From positions 14,570,001-14,634,000 of the forward strand of contig OY740814.1 in NCBI GenBank assembly GCA_963514005.1: DNA of 64,000 nucleotides. Direction: 5' to 3'. A program made the translations under genes and the position numbers. Positions 54,661-64,000 of this stretch are shown in pieces. The stretch comes from Raja brachyura. Lineage: Eukaryota. The notes below the pieces were generated by a model. That model saw only the letters and a list, made by a program, of their open reading frames with translations. It ran no database searches and was not told the origin of the DNA. Position 1 is the stretch's first letter; every line of letters begins with the position of its first letter.

Positions 54661-55069
54661 GAAAACTTGAGAAACACCTTTTAAATATTTAAGGCTCAAG
54701 AGATATGTCTATTAATCGTGTGGCTGTATGAAATCATCTTATTAAGTTATTTCATATTTTAAACTGTGAATTTATATTGCAATATCAAATTATTCTGGTC
54801 ATATTCATTTCAATCAAAGGTCTTTCCATTCAATACACAACTTCCTTCAAATTACACTTGGAAATATATTGTTGTGATACTGGTTTATGCACTAAACATC
54901 TTCTGAGTTGCAAATAAATTGTGCGGTGATTCTCACCACACAAAACATCAACTTTGCATGAGCACAGGGGACTGATTACTAAACAAAATATCACTGCAAT
55001 ATGCCACAATATAACCCAAATTGTAATTAGGAACTTTGAAAGAATACAAAAAACTTTTACTTGCACTTA

Positions 55070-55342
<273 letters not shown>

Positions 55343-56085
55343 TTATAATAGCAGGAGCTACATTAATATGGCAACTTGTGACCGGGTTGTACAACAAAAG
55401 CCTCAGCAATGGAGCTTTCCCCATCTTGATCAGTTAATGACACTCATTTACTGATGACATTTATCTGCTGAACCACAAGAGTACTTTCATTTGGAAACAC
55501 TGCATTGGTAGTGTTGTGTATGGAAAATGTTTTCCTGTTCCTATTCAATATTTAAATAGTTTTACAGCTTCAGTGATCAGCAAAATAAAAATAAAGCAGA
55601 GTTGACAATTTTTAATGTAAAAAAACATGATAATGTTTTCCCCACAATTTCAGTAAGTTTATAATATAGAACAGTGGGTTTGTAATAAATGTCCATATAA
55701 AAATGGAAACTATACGCTGCTCTCAATTCACCACATTTCCTCATTATGGTTAAGCAAATACAATAGAGAGATGAAGTGTGGCATCAGTCCATATTGAGAA
55801 CTACCTACACAGGAGCAGTGATTTACATTTTATGTGTTTGTGTAATGAAGGTGAACTCATTCACCACAGGACTGAATCTGGAGCTCTCATTCACACTAAT
55901 TCTATTTTTACAGTATACTGGAAGTCAAATAGACCGTTCTGCTTTCCCCTTCTTACACGTATAGCCACTTTAATCCATCTAGCACAATTTTTCAGGCCAC
56001 TGAAGCTGCAGTATGGCACTGTCACATTTTTGGCTCGTGATCCATAGCTGCTACATTGGCAAGCAGCAAACACACCCATTTTTTA

Positions 56086-56290
56086 TAGACACAAAATGCT
56101 AGAGTAACTCAGCGGGACAGGCAACATGTCTGGAGAGAAGGAATGGGTGACGTTTCAGGTGGAGACCCTTCTTCAGAGGAAACGTCACCTATTCTTTCTC
56201 TCCAAAGATGCTGCCTGTCCCCCTGAGTTACTCCAGCATTTTGTGTCTATCTTCAGTTAAAACCAGCATCTGCAGTTCCTTCCTACACAC
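56086..56290. mobile_element. Palindromic Penelope-derived element, second subfamily
   Basis: tagacacaaaatgctagagtaactcagc...cccttcttcaga followed by inverted gaaacgtcacc...ctccagcattttgtgtcta and gttccttcctacac terminus. Confidence 0.8.
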
Positions 56291-56711
56291 TAAAATAGTC
56301 TTTCGATCCCTTGTTTATGTATATTACTGGCTTAACATTTGTTTGGATTCTCTGTCCATGACTAGTTTATTTTGAAGCAACACGATTGGTGACAGGAAGT
56401 TTGTCTAGACAATCAGCTGCAATCCCAATCAAGAAAGCAATGGGGAAGTGGGACTTTAGACAGCAGTCCTTGATCTGAGTGGTCCCTCCTATGGTTTATT
56501 TTTTATATGCTATAATTCTCAATTTGAATGGCATATTAATTAAACTGTTTACTGTTACTTCCCAGCTTTAAATTCCATTAATCATTTAGACCCACATCTC
56601 CACTTCCAGTTTACAAAATCTACTCTCATCCACTCCCTGCTCTCAATTATCAATCTTTCAATATCCAGAGCTAATCCCACCCACCCACGCATGGCCCAAA
56701 TGTTGACCTAC

Positions 56712-57014
56712 TTTTAGACTTTAGAGATACAGCGCGGAAACTGTCCCTTTTGCCCACCGAGTCCGCGCCGATCAGTGATCACCCTGTACACTAACACCAT
56801 CCTACACACTAGAGACAATTTTTAAATTTACCAAATCCAATTAGCCGACAAACCTGTACATCTTTGTAGTGTGGGAGGAAACCGGAGCACGTAGAGAAAA
56901 CCCACACAGTGACAAGGAAAACGTACAAAACAGGGAAGACAGCACCGGTAGTCAGGATCAAACCTGGTCTTTGGTTCTGTAAGGCAGCAACTCTACCATT
57001 GTGCCACTGTGCCA
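56712..57014 (-). mobile_element. Full-length tRNA-derived V-SINE
   Basis: Head tggcacagtggcacaatggtagagttgctgcc, V-domain-like core, ctctaaagtctaaa tail. Confidence 0.85.
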
Positions 57015-57044
57015 TCCTAATTGAAGATTAATCCTCAGAGGATT

Positions 57045-57665
57045 AATCAAGAGTGTTTTATTGTCATATGTCCCGAATGGGACAATGAAATTCTAACTTG
57101 TTGCAGCACAACAGAATATGTGAATATGTAAACATAGTACAGAAAGGGGGAAGAGATAAAAGAAAAAAGTTCAATAAATAACAAATATAGTGCAATAATA
57201 ATAGTATTTTGCAGTTCAGAGCTTATTCGTTGTTGTGTTTAATAGCCTGATGGCTGTAGGGAAGAAGCTGTTCCTAAACCTGGACGTTACAGTTTTCAGG
57301 CTCCTGTACCTTCTTCTTGATGGCAGTGGTGAAACGAGTGTGTGGCCAGGATGATGTGGGTCTTTGATGATACTGGCTGCCTTTTTGAGGCAGTGACTAC
57401 GATACATCCCTTCGACAGTGGGGAGGTCAAAGCCGGTGATGGACTGGGCAGTGGTCACAACTTTTTGTAGTCTTTTTCGCTCCTGGGCATTCAAATTGCC
57501 GATCCAGGCCACGATGCAACCAGTCAGAATGCTCTCTACTGTGCACCTCTAGAAGCTTAGGAGAATCCTCTTCGACATGCCGAATCTCCGTAATCTTCTC
57601 AGGAAGTAGAGTCGCTGATCTGCCTTCTTTATAATTGCATCGGAGTGCTGGGTCCAGGAAAGATC
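57045..57665 (-). mobile_element. Rex1-type LINE 3' fragment
   Basis: ORF 57216-57512: LQKVVTTAQSITG...HPGHTLVSPLPSRRRYRSLKTVTSRFRNSFFPTAIRLLN. Confidence 0.85.
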
Positions 57666-57696
57666 TTTGATTTAATGGGGACAAGGCTGTTTTACA

Positions 57697-57886
57697 ACTT
57701 ACCGAAGCCAATTAACCTACAAACCTGTACACCTTTGGAATGTGGGTAGAAGCCAGATAACATGAGGAAAACCTACATGGTGACAGAGAGAACTTACAAG
57801 CTCCATACGGACAGCACCCGTAGTCAGAATCAAACCATGGTCTCTGGTGCCGTAAGGCAGCAACTCTACCATTGCGACACTGTGCC
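57697..57886 (-). mobile_element. V-SINE 5' part
   Basis: ggcacagtgtcgcaatggtagagttgctgccttacggcaccagagac head. Confidence 0.8.
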
Positions 57887-58499
57887 TCACATGCAACATT
57901 GGCCCTACCACATAAGCCCAACCCCTCACAGCCCATTCCTCCAATTTCCAGGCTACTGTACTTCCCTGTACCCATCTTTAATCTTCATCTTCCCTACACA
58001 AAATCCCCACGTTTCCCCTCAGCAACCTCTCGCTAGTCCAACTTTAACCCTATCCCTAATTTCTAACTTTCCTAACCCCAAATTCACTCTCTATCTAACT
58101 TTTAAAATATTTTGCTCAGATCTTTGCATTCAGTCACTCCTCAAATTTAGGGCAGTGAATTCTCCTATCCCTCCAATCCCCAATTCCATTTTGCCAAGCT
58201 CTTTTATTTGTGACTTACCAATTCTCAGACACCAGGTTCCATGATGTGCACTGAACCTCTAAGCGTGACTAGCTTATACTGCTGGTACTGAGTGGGGTCA
58301 AAAGGATTGAAGTTATTGTTTATCACGGAGGTTGTCAGATTGAACATAAGTGGATGCAATGAACCCTGCTCACTTTCTATTTGGAGAGTCTCCCTTCAGC
58401 TGACAGTGGGCATTTGGAGGTGCCATTTAGATAAATAATGAACAAGTTACCAAAAATAAGTATTTTAGGCATTAAATGAAAATAAGTTCATCAATGACT

Positions 58500-60510
58500 C
58501 ACCAGAGGAATTAAATATAGTATTAAATATCAAGGAACAAGGCTTATAAAATTCCAGAAACAGTAGGCCTAAGCATTAGGTGCATTTCAGAACTCAGCAA
58601 AGACTGGCCAAAGATTAGAAAAAGAAAAAATCAGAATACAAGAGTAGACTGGTGAAAAACAGATTAGGTACATTAAATGGAAATGACCAACAGGGGAATG
58701 TGTGCTACCCTGCAGAGACAGAATCATGGATATGACATGGCAGATGCATTAAACAACTCGTAATAGATGCATTAAACAACTCGGTCTGAAGAAGGGTTTC
58801 AGCCCAAAACGTTGCCTATTAATGCTGCCGCACCCGCTGAGTTTCTCCAGCAATTTTGTCTGCATTAAACAACTCTTTGACTATGGAAGAATGCTGCAAA
58901 GTTTGCTGGATATATGAGAGAATTGAGAGTCTAGTGGGAATGAGGAAATGAAATAACTAAGTAACAGTCAAAAAATAGCACTGGGAAAATTGGTGAGTTT
59001 GATAGCTGATGAATCCCAAGGAGCTGAGGATCTACATCTCAGTTTTGAATGAAGTGTCTTTAGAGAAAGTGGATGTTCTGGGTATCATCTTTCAAAGTTC
59101 TGTAGATTCTGGAGTGGTTTATGTGGTCTGGAGTGGAGCCAAATACTTAAGGAATAAAGTAGAGATAAAACAGGAGATAAAATAGGATAAAGCCTGTAAG
59201 CCTAATGTCAGTGGCTGGAATCTATAATGATGGGCATGATAACAGAAGAACTTAGAACAGAGAACAATACAGCATAGGAACAGGCCCATCAGCCCACACT
59301 TTGTGCCAAATATTATCCCAAGTTAAACTAATCTCCTCTGCCTGCATGTGATCCATATCTCTTAATTCCCTGCATATCTACGTGCCTATCTAAAAGCCTC
59401 TTAAAAGCCACTATCTTATCTGATTCCACTACCACTCCGGCAGCGTGTTACAGATACCTACCATGTTGTGCGTAAAAAAATATTTCCCTGCACGTCACCT
59501 TTAAACTTCCCCCCTCCCATCTTAAATCTATGTTCTCTCTTTATTGACATTTCCAGCCTGTGAAAAAGGTTCTGACTGTCTGCCCGATCTATGCCTCTCA
59601 ATTTTATATCCTTAAGAGCTAGTAGATAAGAAATACTTCTAGAAATGTCCCACATGGAGGATTGGTTAACCATGTTGGAGCATGTGAAATTGGGAATAAT
59701 GAGCTGACACAGACTAAGAAATGGCTACTGAACAGGAAGCAAAGAGTGGGAATAAACTGATACGTCACAAGCTGGTCAAGCAGTGACCAATGAGATACTG
59801 CAAGGTAGACAAAAGAGCTGGAGAAACTCAGCGGGTGCGGCAGCATCTATGGAGCGAGGGAAATAGGCAACGTTTCGGGCCAAAACCCTTCTTCAGACTT
59901 CTTTGGTCTGAAGAAGGGTTTTGGGCCGAAACGTTGCTATTTCCTTGACTCCATAGATGCTGCTGCACCCGCTGAGTTCCTCCAGCTCTTTTGTCTACCT
60001 TCGATTTTGCAGCATCTACAGTTCCTTCTTAAACATGAGATATTGCAAGTATTGATACTTAAGCTCTGGGTATTCATAATCATTCTCAACACATTGGCTG
60101 AGGGAATTAAATGTCACATTTCCAGGTTTGTTTTTGATACTAACTTTGGTGTAATTATGTATGCGGAGAAAGCTGTAAAGAGGCTTCAAGGGGTGTAGAC
60201 AGAGTGAATAGGCAAGAATGTGGCTGATAAAATATCATGTAAAAAATGTGAGCTCATCCACTTTGGTGAACAAAAATAAGAAAGCAAAATATTTGTTAAA
60301 TTATGAATTATTGGGTAGAATTAATATTTAGAAGGTATTATATGAGCACAATTTGTTGGTCAAATCGCAGGTACATTAAGAAATTTGAAAGACAAGTGGA
60401 AGTTATTCTTCATTATGAGATGGTTTGATTACTGAAAGACAGATGTCTTATTATACAGGATCTTGGTGAGAATGCACCTGGAGTATTGTGTATATGTTTG
60501 GTTTCCTTAC
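58500..60510 (+). mobile_element. Old CR1 with nested inserts (Penelope termini at 58784-58860 and 59805-60034; minus CR1 3' end ~59255-59610)
   Basis: Degenerate homology to 154-1918; SRFVFDT and LVRMHLEYCV motifs; boundaries approximate. Confidence 0.7.
59805..60034. mobile_element. Palindromic Penelope-derived element with two hammerhead cores
   Basis: Imperfect inverted repeat ~59802-60001; 15-bp TSD ATGAGATA(C/T)TGCAAG at 59790-59804 and 60035-60049. Confidence 0.85.
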
Positions 60511-61266
60511 CTCGGTATCTAGATAAAGGAACTGCAGTACCAAGGGCAACATTGAGATAAGAGGTAGGCATTTTGTACTGAGATGAGGAGGAAGGTTCTT
60601 TGAGGGTAAACTTTTAGTTTCTTGGTTTGGAATTATTATTGTCCTGTATACCGAGGAATGGTGAAAAGCTTTGTTTTTCTATCCAAACAGATTAGATAAT
60701 ACTATACATAAATACAATCAAGTTAAATTCAAGCACAATGGTATCCAATAGAGGCAATTTGTTATTTGAATTGTGTTAATTCATAACAGAGATCAACAGA
60801 TATCCAGGTATCATTGCGATTTCTGGGGAAAGTGTTGTAAATTGTGCTGTTTGATGATCAGTCATGACCTTGATTAATGGCAGTTCAGGCTCAAAGGGCT
60901 GAGTAGCAAATTCCTGCTCCTGTTACCTTTTTTATGTACCACTGTGACAAGTAATGTCTCTCTGCAATGATTTGTTGAAGGGGGGTGGGCAATGAAAGGA
61001 TGGTCACACTGTCCAAAATTAGTGATGACACAATCTTAGAATAGTCACAATCTGCATTTTGGGCACCGATGTTTAACTTTGACCAGCACATTGTTTAAAG
61101 CCTCATTAGGAAAACTAGACACCTTTTTTTCTGGCATGGCAAGATTGGACATGAAGGAAATTATTACAATATTTAACAATTTACATCCACATCTAAATTA
61201 AGCAGGCAGTTTGTCTGGTTATGAGGACAATTATTTAAGTGCAATTTAACTAATTATAATAATAGA

Positions 61267-61564
61267 GGCACGGTGGTGCAGCGGTAGAGTTACAGTGCTT
61301 GCAACGCCGGAGACCCGGATTCTATCCTGACCACGGGTGCTGTCTGAATGCAGTTTGTACGTTGTCCCCGCGATCGTGTGGGTTTTTTCCGAGATCTTCG
61401 GTTTCCTCCCACACTCGAAAGACATACAGGTTAATTGGCTTAGTATGAATGTAAATTGTCCCTAGTGTGTGTACAATAATGTTAATGTGCAGGGAGCCCT
61501 GGTCGGTGCGGACTTGGTGGGCCGGAGAGCCTGTTTCCACGCTGTTTCTCTAAACTAAACTAAA
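61267..61564 (+). mobile_element. Full-length tRNA-derived V-SINE (HE1-like)
   Basis: A-box-like tggtgcagcggtaga, B-box-like ggattctatcc, ggtttcctcccacac core, CR1-like 3' end with (CTAAA)3 tail. Confidence 0.85.
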
Positions 61565-63019
61565 TTTTGAAATAGATAAGCGAGGACAGAATCACAAAAT
61601 AATAATGTCACAATAAAAATGGAAAGCAAAGCACTTTTCTCACTCTGGGCTTTCTGCAAATAGCTAATCACTTACTCTTCTTCCAGTGATTGAACACTGT
61701 TTTTTCTCTGAGGACTGGATTATGTAACAGCTTAGCAGAAGACCTTTCACCCTCAGTAAGGTGTTAACTCAGGCATATAGAATGCATGTCTCCCTATTCT
61801 CTCCCTCCATCTGCTGATGCAGGCCTGGGTCAATCTCAGTCATATCCCATCGAGCTCATATATACCATACCAAATTTCACAGAATGTGGAAGTACATTTT
61901 GAAATTTCTCACAAATGTATATCAGAAATCGATTCAAGCTATTTTATACTGTACTTTATAATTGCTGAAAATGTTAGATTCCAAAATTTAAAGATTTTCT
62001 TCCATCTCTTAGAACTGTCATTGATAAGCATACAAATATTCAAAGTTCTAAATTAAGAGAAAAAAGGCCATGCTGGTCACCTACATGTTAGGATTGTCAA
62101 AAGGTTATGAGGGAAAGTAAACTAAAATGTTTGGCTTTTATTGTCTCCTGATTTTTTCCCCGTTAATGTAAGTTCAATGGCAATATATTTCTCATTATAT
62201 CTCTGGGGGCAGATTTTGTTTTATTTTACCAGCATCACTCTTGTAGCAGCGTACCAGACAAGACGAGAAGAATGTCAATAACTTTTCGGTAAATCAAACA
62301 TTATAAATGGAAGAAATCCACAATCTCTCCCATACAAAGCCGAAAATGGTTGGCTTGAGTAAGCTTTGTATGCATATTAAAGTAAATGAAGACAGAGAAT
62401 ACAAAGTTAACTTAATAGAATACTTCTCAGCAACTTCAGGTTATGTACAATTGAACATTTTCCATTCCTCTTTCCAGTTCTTATTTTGATTTTTTTTAAC
62501 AATCACTCTCATAATCACTTGAAAGAAATAAAGCTCCTTTTGTAAATTTAAGATTAATTCCACTGTCCTTTTTCTTCCGGAAAGGATGGCATAATATTTA
62601 ACCTCTGATCAATAATATGCTACCACTAATCATGCAGTATGTGGGAGGCCCATTTTGTGCCTCAGCACAATCTTGTCAGACCCTTATAATTTTATTTCCA
62701 ATGTTTTAAAACGTCACAGAGAAGCTTCAGGTGAGAACACAATGTAGAATCGAACCTTGTTTCCATCCATAGAGTCTTAACTCTGGCAGCAGACACACTG
62801 AAATTATCCGTAAAATAATTTAAATGATTTCACTGAGGTCTATTGTTCCTGATAACTAAGTACATTGATAGTGAATGTTTGTGTAAAGACCAATAGGAGC
62901 AGATGGACTAGTTTTATATAGATTTAAAATGTTAATGCATGAAAATCCGAAGCAAAACATAAAGTATTGGAAAATCTGCAGGTCAGAGTGCATCTGTGTA
63001 AAGAGAAACAGTAGGCAGT

Positions 63020-63304
63020 GTTTAGTCTAGTGTAATAATACAGTGCGGAAACAGGCCCTTTGGCCCGAGTCGACCAGCAATCACCCTGTGCACTAACACT
63101 ATCCTACACACACGAGGGACAATTTACAATTTCACCAAGCCAATTAACCTACGTCTTTGGAGTGTGGGAGGAAACTGGAGCACCCGGGGAAATCCCACAC
63201 AGGTCACGGGGAAAACATACAAACTCCCTACAGACAGCACCCATTGTCAGGATCGAACCCATGTCTCTGGCGGTGTAAGGCAGCAATTCTATCGTTGCGC
63301 CACC
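63020..63304 (-). mobile_element. tRNA-derived V-SINE
   Basis: Reverse complement gives ggtggcgcaacgatagaattgctgcc...gggttcgatcc (B box). Confidence 0.85.
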
Positions 63305-64000
63305 AAGCCGTACACAGATGGGTTCTTTCCCCGCTATTCCCCATCGTTCTCAGGTGTTTGTTTTCTCATTCAAAAACTGACTCAAGAAGAAAGATTTTTG
63401 ATTGCTTAGCAACTTGTTAATGGGCAATCAGAAGAAATCTATCAAGGATTATGTTGGATAGAGTAAGAGAGTCTCTAACATATTGATTTGATATCATAAT
63501 CTTGAAAAGAAAAATGTAATTAGAACATTGTTGATATAACTGTACATGTTTTCTTGTAATTGAAGGCATTTTTATAATTTGAACTATCAATCAAGGAGAC
63601 ACTGTTCATTTTGATGGGTAATAACAACAATAGTCTTAGAAATTGTTCTATTTTACAGGATACTTTAAAAACTTTTAAACTCAAATCTGTGAAAACATAA
63701 AAGGTCCAATAATGCAATATTCCCAATTTAGGAAATCCAATATCATTCTTAAAATGGCATGAGTGCGTAAAGCAATGTGATGGCAGTATTAATATGGAGA
63801 ATATGCTTGGTAATTCTTTTCCCAATGCCACAGGCTAATGAAAATGCTGAAAGTAGCAATTTTGGTTTAATATTAACTAATAGCTGACACATTTTCCTCT
63901 TTTTGTTTAAAAACCTGTTTTACCGTTTACTGAATACACTTTTGCTATATGACAGACTTTAAGTCAGTACCCTACCACTCCTGGACTTGTACTTATAACA

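Noticed and set aside
61267-61340. tRNA-like sequence
   Set aside because: SINE head with degenerate A/B boxes that continues into V-SINE body and tail; no convincing cloverleaf.

Overview
Eukaryotic, AT-rich vertebrate DNA. The repeat families (CR1 LINEs, V-SINE/HE1-type SINEs, Penelope-like elements, Rex1, RTE) suggest a cartilaginous fish, possibly a skate or ray; that is an inference. The whole window lies inside one minus-strand gene of the MEGF10/MEGF11 (CED-1/Draper) family, most likely MEGF11. Twelve consecutive EGF-repeat exons between 55317 and 6100 have canonical AG/GT sites and splice in frame (1821 nt); both ends of the gene lie outside the window. The introns are full of mobile elements. 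Main results: (1) a ~143-bp non-coding retroposon at 4216-4358 whose first 54 nt fold into a complete minimal HDV/CPEB3-like self-cleaving ribozyme, with the predicted cleavage site at the element's 5' boundary, a (GAA)5 tail and an 8-bp TSD; a second truncated copy lies at ~11237; (2) short, often palindromic Penelope-derived elements carrying hammerhead ribozyme cores, mostly with 15-17-bp TSDs, some next to locally templated duplications or fold-backs; (3) a young CR1 insertion and several TWA-flanked Harbinger-type MITEs. All structures were derived by eye; no searches or folding programs were run.
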